Of a stretch of DNA of 64,000 bases, positions 1 to 9,246 are shown piece after piece (the first letter of the stretch is position 1; each line of letters begins with the position of its first letter). Source of the stretch: Acetivibrionales bacterium (GTDB lineage: Bacteria; Bacillota; Clostridia; DSM-8532). The translations under genes and the position numbers were made by a program. The notes below the pieces were generated by a model, which had not been told where the DNA came from, made no database searches, and saw only the letters and a list, made by a program, of their open reading frames with translations. The stretch covers positions 28,275-92,274 of the forward strand of contig JBMNTI010000001.1 in the NCBI GenBank assembly GCA_050945655.1. The letters run 5' to 3'.

Positions 1-277
1 CAAGAATTTGGCTTGTATCTTCTTTCCGAAGCTTTTCTATTCTGTTTTTCAGTTCATTCTCAGACATCTTCACATATTGTTTCCATGCCATGTTGTCTAT
101 CTTAATATCTCCTTTTAAAAAATTCAGTACGGGGCTTACAATTACTACCGTCACGACAAGACCGCAAATAAGCTTTACATACTTATTGAGATTGCCCTGT
201 GGTGCGAATTTTTCTATTATCGCACATACAATTGTTATTGTTACAAGTGTAATAATCCAAGATCTCAACTCATCCAT
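1..277 (-). CDS. spoIIIAF: Stage III sporulation protein AF, N-terminal part (C-terminus lies beyond the window edge)
   Basis: Own minus-strand translation from the ATG at 277, with GGGGAG just upstream and 12 nt after the spoIIIAE stop: MDELRSWIITLVTITIVCAIIEKFAPQGNLNKYVKLICGLVVTVVIVSPVLNFL... It has an N-terminal TM segment and the operon position expected after spoIIIAE. It is absent from the ORF track because it runs off the window. Confidence 0.75.
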   Translation of the reverse strand, partial: MDELRSWIITLVTITIVCAIIEKFAPQGNLNKYVKLICGLVVTVVIVSPVLNFLKGDIKIDNMAWKQYVKMSENELKNRIEKLRKEDTSQIL

Positions 278-288
278 CCAGCTCTCCC

Positions 289-1485
289 CTAAGATATTAC
301 TCCGGCCGAATTCATCAAAGCCCCTGTCAACAATACTATTACAAACAAGGAAGCTCCCATTATGCCTAGCATTACCGAGAGGCATCCTGCCGACTCCTCC
401 AGTGCGTCACAGATGCTTTCATCACATATAGGTGCCCCGAAGGCCGCAGCCAGACGGAAAGCAATCATTATGACATAAACCTTGATGAACGGTATCACAA
501 AAATCAAACCCAGCCCTATTATGGTTAAAACCCCTGCAATATTACTTACTGCCGACGTGCATAGCAGGATGGTTTCGGCCGCATCTGTCATATATTTGCC
601 GGCTACGGGGATAAAAGTGCCGATAGCAAATCTGGTCGTTTTCAGGGTTACCGCATCTATCGACGAACTTGCTATCTTTTGTATGGAAATAAGGATAGAA
701 AACACTAACGTAATGGTTCCGGTGATCCAAACCGCACAGCTTTTAAGGAGCTTTGCCAAAGTGCCAAGCTTAAACCGCTCAGAAATTCCGTCGATTAAAA
801 AGAGGATCCCGGCCATAACTGATACCGGCAACAGAATTGTTTTAAAAATCTGGCATGCAATATTGACACCTACAAGCATTATGGGTTGTATGGCCGCAAC
901 CGATATAATTCTTCCCGATGCTGCCATAAGGGCAATAAGGGCCGGTATTACCAACGAAGCCGTATATTGCATTGTTTCAATAGTGGCCCTCGCAATGTCG
1001 GCCATGCTTCCAAAGCTCACCGACGCGACAATAATCAGTATCCCATTGGCTCCCAACTTCGCGGCTTCATTAGGAATACCGCTTCCCAAAGGCTGTAATC
1101 CGCGGATAACCGCTCCCAGCAGCATTATGGCTAATAATTGCACAATCAGCACAAGATTTACCCTTATTTCTTTGCCAAGGATCGCCAGAATTATTTTTGG
1201 GAGCCCTTCTAAACTCTCTAATGGTTTTCCTTTCAAGGCACCGCTTATGATTTCCTCCGGGCTGAATCCATATACCTTTGATATTTGGGATTTACCCAGA
1301 GCTTTGTCTACAGCTTTCTTAATTGTGTTTATTTCACTATTGTTGAGTCTTTCTTCAATAATATCCTCACCCATTTTAGACTCGGCTTCTGTTTTTCCGG
1401 ATGCTGCGACCGATGTTGTTGATAAGATCACAGTAAGAAATACCAGGATTGAAAATAGTATTTTATTTCTTAATATAAAGTTCAT
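289..1485 (-). CDS. spoIIIAE: Stage III sporulation protein AE (polytopic membrane protein)
   Basis: 398 aa with a signal peptide, a soluble N-terminal segment and multiple TM helices. Size and position fit the spoIIIAA-AF gene order. Confidence 0.88.
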   Translation of the reverse strand: MNFILRNKILFSILVFLTVILSTTSVAASGKTEAESKMGEDIIEERLNNSEINTIKKAVDKALGKSQISKVYGFSPEEIISGALKGKPLESLEGLPKIILAILGKEIRVNLVLIVQLLAIMLLGAVIRGLQPLGSGIPNEAAKLGANGILIIVASVSFGSMADIARATIETMQYTASLVIPALIALMAASGRIISVAAIQPIMLVGVNIACQIFKTILLPVSVMAGILFLIDGISERFKLGTLAKLLKSCAVWITGTITLVFSILISIQKIASSSIDAVTLKTTRFAIGTFIPVAGKYMTDAAETILLCTSAVSNIAGVLTIIGLGLIFVIPFIKVYVIMIAFRLAAAFGAPICDESICDALEESAGCLSVMLGIMGASLFVIVLLTGALMNSAGVIS

Positions 1486-1521
1486 TGCAGTATAGAACCC
1501 CTTTCTTCTGTGTATCTTTAC

Positions 1522-1917
1522 CTATATTATGCTGGAAATGATATGTATTAATGATGTTACAATAGGCACAGCCACCGCCAGCATCAGAATTTTCCCGACT
1601 GTCTCGACTTTCCCGGCTATGGCATTTTGTCCTACATCTTTACATACATCCACAGAAAACTGTGTTATGTATGCCATACCTGTGACTTTCAGCACGGGCA
1701 CCAATAATTTTGCGTCGATTCCAGCACTTTTGATTGTATCTTCCAGGGCTTTAACAATTGTGCCGGCTTTACCAAAGGCCATCATAAGAGCTATAACTCC
1801 AAAGGCAAGCCCAAGCAGCATTCCCAATTCAGGCTTCTTCTCAGATATCACCACTGTAAAAATGGCCGCTATTATCCCTAAAATCGCTATTCGAATAAGC
1901 TCTGCTTCCATAGGCAA
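1522..1917 (-). CDS. spoIIIAD: Stage III sporulation protein AD
   Basis: 131-aa, 4-TM protein in the operon slot between AC and AE. Confidence 0.85.
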   Translation of the reverse strand: MPMEAELIRIAILGIIAAIFTVVISEKKPELGMLLGLAFGVIALMMAFGKAGTIVKALEDTIKSAGIDAKLLVPVLKVTGMAYITQFSVDVCKDVGQNAIAGKVETVGKILMLAVAVPIVTSLIHIISSII

Positions 1918-1923
1918 TAATCC

Positions 1924-2118
1924 TTAAAATCCAAATAAAGCTTTAACCGTATCAAAGAGTTTGACAATTTCTTTTGCCACCATCAACAAAACCACTACTA
2001 CAGCAGCCAATGTGGTCATCATAGCCATTTCCTCCCTGCCCGACTTTGTGAGAACAACATTCAGTATGGATACCAAAATACCTATTGCCGCAATCTTAAA
2101 TATTAAATCCACATTCAT
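1924..2118 (-). CDS. spoIIIAC: Stage III sporulation protein AC
   Basis: 64-aa, 2-TM protein (MNVDLIFKIAAIGILVSILNVVL...), typical SpoIIIAC size and position. Confidence 0.85.
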   Translation of the reverse strand: MNVDLIFKIAAIGILVSILNVVLTKSGREEMAMMTTLAAVVVVLLMVAKEIVKLFDTVKALFGF

Positions 2119-2146
2119 GCCCGTATCCCCTTAAAAAAGATTTTAT

Positions 2147-2400
2147 GAGGCTTTATCCGCGTTTCAGCAGCAAACTGGGTGAATACTAATCTTAACACCA
2201 ATAGGAACCGCTGGCTATGTCATACGTGAAGCTTAGCAGGATTGCGCAGCGGCTGCGAATAATTTCCGGATGAAATTCATGAGCGGCACGCATGACATCG
2301 GCTAAAGATTCCATAGTCGTACTTGCAAATATCTGGTTATGATCCATGCATTTGCAATAATGTGTTTACCAGTTTGCGGACGCAAGGTTTTTGCTTCCGC
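2147..2400. repeat. Mosaic repeat island inside the spoIIIA operon (contains module C at 2201..2317)
   Basis: ATAGGAACCGCTGG...GCAGGATTGCGCAGCGGCTGCGAATAATTTCCGGATGAAATTCATGAGCGGCACGCATGACATCGGCTAAAGATTCCATAGT matches 24202..24317 and the reverse complement of 22455..22573. The leading AGGCTTTATCCGC also occurs at 42399. Confidence 0.85.
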
Positions 2401-2422
2401 CTATAAAGATAAACTCCTGACA

Positions 2423-2968
2423 TCATAACAATAGAATTACCGCTGCGGCTCCGCAAAGGACGCCTAAATTTCTGTATAGCTTCCCTTCTGTGTTAAGTGC
2501 TTCCTGAGCTTTTTTTTCTAAAATTTCAAGGTTTTCTTTTTCCAAATCCAATACGGATTCCTGGTTTTGTCTGTCGGATTTGCCCAGCATTTCTCCGAAG
2601 TCCGAAAGCATCTGCCAGTCCGATTCATTTAACGGAATCCTTTCCCCTTTACTTTCAATAGCCATTCTCCACGCTTCCCCCGCATCCATATACTGCTCCT
2701 TCATAATTTTTCCGCATTCAATAAATACTTCCGACCAAACCCCGCCGCTTCGCTCTTTTCCTATGTTCTCAAAAGCCATAAAAAGCGGGATCCCTAAACC
2801 GCAAATCTGATTTCTTAGATTAAGAAGGATTTCAATAAGCTTTGATAAAGCTCGCAGTCTCTCGGCAAGTCCTGTTGACAGCTTCATTCCTACTGCTGTA
2901 CATCCCGTGAAGACCATAAGGCATCCTATTGTCTTGAGCCAGACTGCTAAGTTCGTCACCATTTGCAT
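2423..2968 (-). CDS. spoIIIAB: Stage III sporulation protein AB
   Basis: 181 aa with an N-terminal TM (WLKTIGCLMVFTGCTAVG), a helical soluble domain and a C-terminal TM, the same layout as B. subtilis SpoIIIAB. Its start lies inside the 3' end of the spoIIIAA ORF. Confidence 0.8.
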   Translation of the reverse strand: MQMVTNLAVWLKTIGCLMVFTGCTAVGMKLSTGLAERLRALSKLIEILLNLRNQICGLGIPLFMAFENIGKERSGGVWSEVFIECGKIMKEQYMDAGEAWRMAIESKGERIPLNESDWQMLSDFGEMLGKSDRQNQESVLDLEKENLEILEKKAQEALNTEGKLYRNLGVLCGAAAVILLL

Positions 2969-3920
2969 CCATCACCTTTGTCCATCGTTTTCCGTTGTCC
3001 ATTCCAAGAAGAATTATCCTCTCAAAACCACCTTTATCAGCCAATTGACCAATTCCCAGTCTTCTTCTGAAATCTTCTAGACCAAAGGCATGGGCTGTCG
3101 CAATAATTCTGACACCGGCGTTCCATGCCATTCTTACTGCTCCCGCATCATCCATTGCTCCCAATTCATCCACAATAATTACCTGTGGTGCCATACCCCT
3201 CAGCATCATCTCAATTCCCTGGCTTTTTCTGCACCCGTCCAAAACATCGGTTCTTGGTCCTAAATCGTTTTGAGGCACTCCTTTGAAGCTGGCTGCAAGC
3301 TCAGAGCGTTCATCAACTACAGCAGTCCTTAATCCCTTGTAATTATCGTTTTCCAGACCCTGGCTTATCATTCGGCATAAATCTCTTAAAACGGTGGTTT
3401 TTCCGCACCGGGGCGGCGAAAGAATCAGTGTATTATAAATGTCCTGCCGGTTTCGTATAAGCTGGGGAAAGATGTTTCGGGCACAGCCTTTAACCTGCCT
3501 GGAGAACCTTATATTTACCGAAGAAATATCCTTAATAGCTTTTATTCTGTCTCCCTCATATACGACGGTGCCGCAGATGCCGGCTCTATGCCCGCCTTTC
3601 AGGGTAATAAACCCCCTGACTATATCATCCTGGTACGCATATATTGATTGTTCGCATAAAAGAAGAAACAATGTGTTTACTTCTTTCGGCGTAATATTTA
3701 GCGCGAACTTACGGTTATGAGATAAAAGTCCTTCCTCGCCTATAAAATAGTCCGCCCCGGAAAATACGCCCATCAAGGGAAGACCGCTTCTGATTCTTAT
3801 TTCTTCCAGTTCTGTTTTATATTCGTTTTTGATTCCTTTAACAGCCTTTTTGATCCTTTCCGGAAGATATGCCGAAAGCAGGTTATCCAGGCCTTCTATT
3901 CTGTCATTTTCCTGCTTCAT
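2832..3920 (-). CDS. spoIIIAA: Stage III sporulation protein AA (AAA-type ATPase)
   Basis: Walker A SPPRCGKTT and Walker B VIIVDELG. First gene of the spoIIIA operon. The ORF runs about 35 codons past the usual C-terminus and overlaps spoIIIAB by 137 nt. Confidence 0.9.
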   Translation of the reverse strand: MKQENDRIEGLDNLLSAYLPERIKKAVKGIKNEYKTELEEIRIRSGLPLMGVFSGADYFIGEEGLLSHNRKFALNITPKEVNTLFLLLCEQSIYAYQDDIVRGFITLKGGHRAGICGTVVYEGDRIKAIKDISSVNIRFSRQVKGCARNIFPQLIRNRQDIYNTLILSPPRCGKTTVLRDLCRMISQGLENDNYKGLRTAVVDERSELAASFKGVPQNDLGPRTDVLDGCRKSQGIEMMLRGMAPQVIIVDELGAMDDAGAVRMAWNAGVRIIATAHAFGLEDFRRRLGIGQLADKGGFERIILLGMDNGKRWTKVMDANGDELSSLAQDNRMPYGLHGMYSSRNEAVNRTCRETASFIKAY

Positions 3921-4068
3921 AACAAGCCTCCTCGTATAATAATTTTTGTTAAAGCATTTCTGTTTAATTTCCAGTAATATCTGGAAACATCATAGCAATC
4001 ATTTCGTTTTTATTCACTTTCAGGTCTTGACATTTAACCGCTGGACTTTTGAAATACGGACATGCTTA

Positions 4069-4097
4069 AATGTATGCCTCTGATTCTCGTGATATAC
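4069..4097 (-). promoter_or_regulatory. Candidate sigma-E-type promoter of the spoIIIA operon
   Basis: The minus strand reads GTATATC-(14 nt)-CATACATT, compared with the forespore/mother-cell sigma-E consensus (kmATAtt-N14-CATACAhT) recalled from B. subtilis. It lies directly after the upstream terminator and about 150 nt before the spoIIIAA ATG. Confidence 0.4.
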
Positions 4098-4099
4098 CA

Positions 4100-4146
4100 A
4101 AAAGGAGCCGAGTTGAAAAGTATTACCTTCAATTCGGCTCCTTTTA
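4100..4146 (-). terminator. Rho-independent terminator after the SurA-like gene
   Basis: AAAAGGAGCCGAGTTGAA / TTCAATTCGGCTCCTTTT stem (about 17 bp, one mismatch) with T/A runs on both sides. Confidence 0.7.
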
Positions 4147-4170
4147 TTAATTTCGAAGAATATAAATTAA

Positions 4171-5310
4171 TTATTTGTAGGAAATAGAATCATAGACCCT
4201 ATCATTTTTAATGATATTATACTTGGGTTCTAAGCCCCAGCTCTCTATGACATTATTGTAGAATTCTTCACCGGCCTTAAATTCCATTGTGCTTTTGACT
4301 ATATCTTTTACATCATCAAATGTTGTTCTTCCATCAATCTTTGCCACATAAATAAAATAGTTGGTTTCAATAATGTCCGTATCTCCCGGTTTATTATCAA
4401 AAGCCCATTCTATAAAGTCCCATTCCAGGTAGTACTCATACATGGAATCCTGACTGTATGTGATACTGGCTTTACCAGGGACACTTGCCCCGTCCCCTTC
4501 CTGAGAAGAATCAGCCTTATCCTCGGTATATTCGGATATGATTTCATCCATCGATCCGCCTTCCTGTATTTTCTTCAAGGCTTCCTCAGCTTTTTCTTTC
4601 TTTCCGGCTATTTCTTCCTCTGATAGTGGGGTTCCTGTTTCATTAAATTTATAAAGGGTTACATAACTGACATCTATCTTGTCGTATAGCTTTGCATCTG
4701 TGTTATATTCGGCTTTCAGTTGCTCGTCGGTATAAGCTTCCGGTTGATAGTTTTCATCTAAATACTTTCTCTTGTATTTTTCTATTACACTAAACATTTC
4801 GTAAATGCCCTGAAGCTCGGCAACAGTTGTTTTATATGCCTCCTTAAATTGTTTTTCGGTTAATTCCCCCTGTATTGAAGGCATTATTGCCGCAATCTGT
4901 TCCTTAATTTCGGAATCGATTTTCATGCCTGACTCCTGTGCCTTAATATACTGGATCATAAATTCTTTTGAATAATTCAGAGCTTCCCGCTTGGCTGCTT
5001 CATACGGATCCTGACCGTCTGCGATTGTTGTCCAAAATTTATCCTTTTCTTCCTGGGTTACAAGCCCTTCCTCGACTTCGGCAGCACTCATCTGCTTCTG
5101 TAAGAAAAACTGATATACGGTCTTTGAGATTCTGTGGCCATCGACAGTTGCCACATAACTTCCCGAATCAATCAAATAATATACTATGGCTGCAAGGAGT
5201 ATGATAACCACAGTAATAATAATCTTCGTTCTGTTTTTTTCACGCTGAGTTCTTATCAATTTCTTTTTTTTATGTGTTTTAGCCTTGTTTATAGATTCTT
5301 TCTTATGCAT
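4171..5310 (-). CDS. Membrane-anchored SurA-N-terminal/PpiD-PrsA-like chaperone protein (no clear parvulin domain seen)
   Basis: Basic N-terminus, a single TM (IIITVVIILLAAIVYYLI), then a SurA_N-like segment (VATVDGHRISKTVYQFFL). It sits directly downstream of mfd, as in many Clostridia. The start is set at the second ATG (MHKKES) because AAGGA lies 8 nt upstream; the ORF-track start at 5394 has no RBS. Confidence 0.55.
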   Translation of the reverse strand: MHKKESINKAKTHKKKKLIRTQREKNRTKIIITVVIILLAAIVYYLIDSGSYVATVDGHRISKTVYQFFLQKQMSAAEVEEGLVTQEEKDKFWTTIADGQDPYEAAKREALNYSKEFMIQYIKAQESGMKIDSEIKEQIAAIMPSIQGELTEKQFKEAYKTTVAELQGIYEMFSVIEKYKRKYLDENYQPEAYTDEQLKAEYNTDAKLYDKIDVSYVTLYKFNETGTPLSEEEIAGKKEKAEEALKKIQEGGSMDEIISEYTEDKADSSQEGDGASVPGKASITYSQDSMYEYYLEWDFIEWAFDNKPGDTDIIETNYFIYVAKIDGRTTFDDVKDIVKSTMEFKAGEEFYNNVIESWGLEPKYNIIKNDRVYDSISYK

Positions 5311-5407
5311 GTGTTCCATCCTTTTTCGTATAAAAATGCATGTCGGACGTATCTTTCCGACATTTAGCTGTCGGCTTAGTTGGACAATATACATTTATTA
5401 TAAATCT

Positions 5408-8400
5408 TCAATACTTCAACTTCAATTTTTGCAGCTCTTGTAATAGAATCTTAATATTTTCAATAACTTCGTGGGGTTTTTGGTTCTTTGCCTGAAGAGA
5501 TAAATATGGTTGTTTGCCTGCACTGAACATTAATTTACCCTTCCATTTATTCATCAGATCGCCGATTCTTTCCAAGGGCAATCCGCCTTGTTCGGCAAAA
5601 ATCAGGAGCACCATTTCTTCCTTCTGTTTAACGGCAGAGAATCCTAAATTGGACGCAAGATTCTTGATATAAGCTATCTCAATAAGATAATTAGTTTCTT
5701 CGGGTATATCGCCATACCGGTCAATAAGTTCGTCTTTAATATCCAGTATATCATCATCGGTCTCTATAGCAGATATGGTTCTGTACATATCAATTCTCTG
5801 CTCCTCATCGTTAATATAGGAAGCGTCAATATATGCACCGGCAATCAGCTCCACCGTTGTATCGGCGGCTCTGCCTGCGGGCGCCTCTCCCTTAAGTTCG
5901 GCAACAGTTTCGTCCAGCAGTTTCAAATACATATCATATCCGACAGATTCCATATGCCCGTGCTGTTCGGCGCCCAGTATGTTTCCGGCACCTCTTATCT
6001 GCAAGTCCCTCATTGCTATTTTAAAGCCTGAACCAAACTCGGTAAATTCCCTAATAGCTCTTAGCCGCTTTTCTGCAGTCTCATTTAAAACTTTGTCCCT
6101 TTTATATGTCAAATATGCGTATGCCAGACGATTTGACCTGCCTACCCTTCCACGAAGCTGATAAAGCTGGGCAAGACCTAATCTGTCCGAATCCTCCACG
6201 ATGATCGTGTTCACATTAGGCATATCGATACCTGACTCAATAATGGTTGTGCACACCAATACATCAAAATCTTTATCCAAAAAGGATTGTATTACCCGCT
6301 CCAGCTCTCTTTCCCCCATTTGTCCGTGGGCATAACCGATTCTGGCTTCAGGCACCAAAGCCTGTACTTGTGACATTTTAGCGTGTATACCTCTTACTCT
6401 GTTAAACAGATAAAACACTTGACCGCCCCTGGCCAGTTCCCTGTTAACAGCGTTTTGAATAATATCCTCCCTGTACTCGACAACATAGGTTTGAACCGGG
6501 TATCTATGCTCGGGGGGATCCTCCAGAATGCTTATATCCCTTATACCTGAAAGAGACATACTAAGAGTCCTCGGTATAGGAGTGGCCGAAAGGGTGAGTA
6601 TATCGACCTTGGGATATCGCAGCTTTATTGTTTCCTTATGGGCAACACCAAAGCGCTGCTCCTCATCTATCACCAAAAGCCCCAGATCCTTAAATCTGAC
6701 CGATGGCCCGAGTATCATGTGAGTGCCCACGATAATATCTATTCTCCCGCTTTTTAAATCTCTTACTATAGCCTTTTGTTCGGCATCCGTTTTAAATCTG
6801 CTCAACATTTCAACCTTAATCGGGAATCCTGAAAACCTTTTTTTAAATGTTTCGAAATGCTGTGCCGCCAGAACTGTCGTAGGAACCAGAAATGCAGCCT
6901 GCTTGCTGTCCATTGCCGCCTTAAAAGCCGCTCGAATAGCCACCTCGGTCTTGCCGTAACCCACATCTCCGCACAGCAGACGATCCATTATAGACTCCGA
7001 TTCCATATCTGCTTTGATTTCCGTAACACATCTTAACTGGTCGGGAGTTTCCTCATAGTCAAACATATCTTCAAATTGTTTTTGCCACACAGTATCGGGT
7101 GAAAACGCGTAACCTTTTGTATTCCGGCGTTCAGCCTGTAATCGGATTAAATCGGCTGCCAGGGTCTTTAAGGATTCTTTAACCCGTGCTTTCGCTTTTA
7201 TCCATTCGGTGCCGCCAAGTTTATTTATTCGTGGTTCCCGACCTTCGGCGCCAATATATTTTTGGATAAGATCCATGCCGGTTGTGGGGATAAAAAGAGT
7301 CCCTCCGTCCCTATAGCTTATCTTAAGATAGTCTTTTCTTATCCCTTCAACCACCAGCTGCTCTATTCCGTTATATACTCCGATACCATGAGCCTGGTGA
7401 ACCACATAATCTCCTACCTTTAAATCGGTAAAGGAGGAAATCCGCCTGCCCTTTTCTGTGGTTCTCCTTCTGGTTTGTCCGGATCTTATTCCGGATATAT
7501 CGCTTTCAGCAAGAATAACAAGTTTTTCATCTTTATAGACAAAGCCTGTCTGTAAACGACCAAAAACAACCGTTACAAAAGCGCCGTCCGGCCACAATCC
7601 ATCTTCACCGGCTTTTGTTGCCGCAACACCCTTTTCCCTTAACTCTTCAATAAACCTGTCTATCCTGTCCTCGGATGCACAGAGAAAAGCTACTCTGAAT
7701 CCATCTTTCAGCCATGCCTTTATATCATCGCCGACTAAATCCAATTTGCCGTTATAGGGGCTGACTCCGGAGCCTCTTATTTCGATTTTTTCGGCTTCTG
7801 TTCCCGTTAATAAATAATCGCCATCTAAAGATTCGAGAATAATGATGCTGTTGTTTTCAGCTTTTCCCCTGAGCGTTTCCATGTCCAAGAGCATATTAAA
7901 GGTATCTTTCAGGATCATACCTTTTCCCATGAGGGTTTCACACAAGCCGACCAAGGCCTCCTGCTCGTTTTCCATGTGTTCCCTGGTTCTTCGCGACTCT
8001 TCAAAAAAGACCAGATGTCTTCCTTTCAGATAGTCAAAAAGACTTGCTTTTTTCTCTATCAGATATGGAATAAATTTATCCACACCGGTAAAATAGTGGC
8101 TGTCCTGGAGTTTCTCTACATATCCTTCCATATTTTTAGTCAGAACCGGACGAATCTCAGTAGAAACCAGCGGCAGGGTTTCATCAATTGCTTTCCGTAT
8201 TCTGTCTGCTATTGATTCAATATCGGATCGGGCATAAACTATTTCTCTGGCAGGATATATATCAATCTCTTCACACCGATCCACCGACCGTTGACTTTCC
8301 TCAGAGAACCAACGCATTGAATCAATTTCAATATCAAAAAACTCAATACGGCAGGGCATGTGTGTATTGACAGGGTATATATCAAGAATACCGCCCCGCC

Positions 8401-8920
8401 TGGCATACTGACCTCTGCCTTCTACCTTTTCCTCCCTGTTATAGCCTAACTCCAGAAGCTTTTCTTCTAAATCGTTCCAGTCAACAATGTCGCCCGGCTT
8501 AAGGTTAATAAGGTTCTTTTTAAAGGTGTCCGGGGGCATGATAAAATGCATGAGTGCTTCGGCTGAGGTTACTATGAACATATAATCATCATCGAGAATA
8601 CGCGTAAGTGAAGAAATCCTGTCGTGAGTCTGCTCGAAGCTTCTTGCTTCCACATCGTAAAGCATTATTTCACGATTTGGTAAATAAACCGCCTTATCAT
8701 CTGTCAGATATGATAAATCAAGGTAAGCCTGTCGTGCCTGCATCTCATTCCATGCCACATACAGACCTTTTAATCCTGTCAGCTCAGACACCGTTTTAGC
8801 TAAATGCCGTTTTTGGGAATCAGAAACTCCATGAACAACGGTATTTACTCCCTTTTGCGCCGAATCTGCAAGATGTTTGATTTTTGGGGATTCTTTTATT
8901 GCATTGATAATAAGTTTCAT
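5408..8920 (-). CDS. mfd: Transcription-repair coupling factor
   Basis: 1170 aa with a UvrB-homology N-terminus, a CarD-like domain (GDYVVHQAHGIGVY), an SF2 helicase (GDVGYGKTEVA, DEEQRFG) and a TRG motif region. Confidence 0.97.
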   Translation of the reverse strand: MKLIINAIKESPKIKHLADSAQKGVNTVVHGVSDSQKRHLAKTVSELTGLKGLYVAWNEMQARQAYLDLSYLTDDKAVYLPNREIMLYDVEARSFEQTHDRISSLTRILDDDYMFIVTSAEALMHFIMPPDTFKKNLINLKPGDIVDWNDLEEKLLELGYNREEKVEGRGQYARRGGILDIYPVNTHMPCRIEFFDIEIDSMRWFSEESQRSVDRCEEIDIYPAREIVYARSDIESIADRIRKAIDETLPLVSTEIRPVLTKNMEGYVEKLQDSHYFTGVDKFIPYLIEKKASLFDYLKGRHLVFFEESRRTREHMENEQEALVGLCETLMGKGMILKDTFNMLLDMETLRGKAENNSIIILESLDGDYLLTGTEAEKIEIRGSGVSPYNGKLDLVGDDIKAWLKDGFRVAFLCASEDRIDRFIEELREKGVAATKAGEDGLWPDGAFVTVVFGRLQTGFVYKDEKLVILAESDISGIRSGQTRRRTTEKGRRISSFTDLKVGDYVVHQAHGIGVYNGIEQLVVEGIRKDYLKISYRDGGTLFIPTTGMDLIQKYIGAEGREPRINKLGGTEWIKAKARVKESLKTLAADLIRLQAERRNTKGYAFSPDTVWQKQFEDMFDYEETPDQLRCVTEIKADMESESIMDRLLCGDVGYGKTEVAIRAAFKAAMDSKQAAFLVPTTVLAAQHFETFKKRFSGFPIKVEMLSRFKTDAEQKAIVRDLKSGRIDIIVGTHMILGPSVRFKDLGLLVIDEEQRFGVAHKETIKLRYPKVDILTLSATPIPRTLSMSLSGIRDISILEDPPEHRYPVQTYVVEYREDIIQNAVNRELARGGQVFYLFNRVRGIHAKMSQVQALVPEARIGYAHGQMGERELERVIQSFLDKDFDVLVCTTIIESGIDMPNVNTIIVEDSDRLGLAQLYQLRGRVGRSNRLAYAYLTYKRDKVLNETAEKRLRAIREFTEFGSGFKIAMRDLQIRGAGNILGAEQHGHMESVGYDMYLKLLDETVAELKGEAPAGRAADTTVELIAGAYIDASYINDEEQRIDMYRTISAIETDDDILDIKDELIDRYGDIPEETNYLIEIAYIKNLASNLGFSAVKQKEEMVLLIFAEQGGLPLERIGDLMNKWKGKLMFSAGKQPYLSLQAKNQKPHEVIENIKILLQELQKLKLKY

Positions 8921-9006
8921 ATCCTTCTTCTAGCGTGCGGGAGCAGTGTTAACTGCGAACGCCTCTAAGCACCCTCGTTCAACCTCAAACCTCTTATTTC
9001 TTAGAT

Positions 9007-9062
9007 CTCACATTTCACTTCTCACATCTCACTTATCACATCTCACTTATCACATCTCACTT
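9007..9062. repeat. 4 x 14-bp tandem repeat (CTCACATCTCACTT-like)
   Basis: Four contiguous units: CTCACATTTCACTT, CTCACATCTCACTT, ATCACATCTCACTT, ATCACATCTCACTT. A single related unit (CTCACATCTCACT) occurs at about 44008. Confidence 0.9.
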
Positions 9063-9072
9063 CTATAAGTAC

Positions 9073-9243
9073 CATGGCTCCGGCTTGCGCTTTGCCATGA
9101 CCCCGCGTGCGGTCTTTGGTTCACGGTCGCTCAATCTTTTCTAATATAGTAACCGTACGGTGGTCGCCCTCTAAAGCGGCCGGCTTATCTTGTCGAGAAC
9201 CTTGCACCTGCCTCATTACGTTAACATCAATAGGAATCGCTGT
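9073..9243 (+). repeat. Module-B repeat
   Basis: CATGGCTCCGGCTTGCGC...GGTCGCTCAATCTTTTCTAATATAGTA...CGGTGGTCGCCCTCTAAAGCGGCCGGCTTATCTTGTCGAGAACCTTGCACC...AATAGGAATCGCTG aligns along its length with 24044..24213. A partial copy lies at 43972..44000. Confidence 0.85.
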
Positions 9244-9246
9244 CCA

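Noticed and set aside
90-431. 113-aa plus-strand ORF at the window start.
   Set aside because: It is antisense to the spoIIIAF start and the spoIIIAE end, both well supported. It has no RBS or motif.
482-1495. Long plus-strand ORFs antisense to real genes, for example 482..1495 (337 aa), 9754..10485, 14682..15386, 24318..24938, 44628..45137 and 19544..19942.
   Set aside because: They lie fully within well-supported minus-strand genes (spoIIIAE, M50 protease/dgkA, yqfD, uvrC, rlmB, ligA). They have low-complexity, Ser/Ile/Pro-rich compositions typical of antisense frames and no recognisable motifs.
9007-9062. Possible CRISPR array or CRISPR remnant.
   Set aside because: The units are only 14 bp and directly contiguous, with no spacers. 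No cas genes are present in the window. It is a simple tandem repeat.
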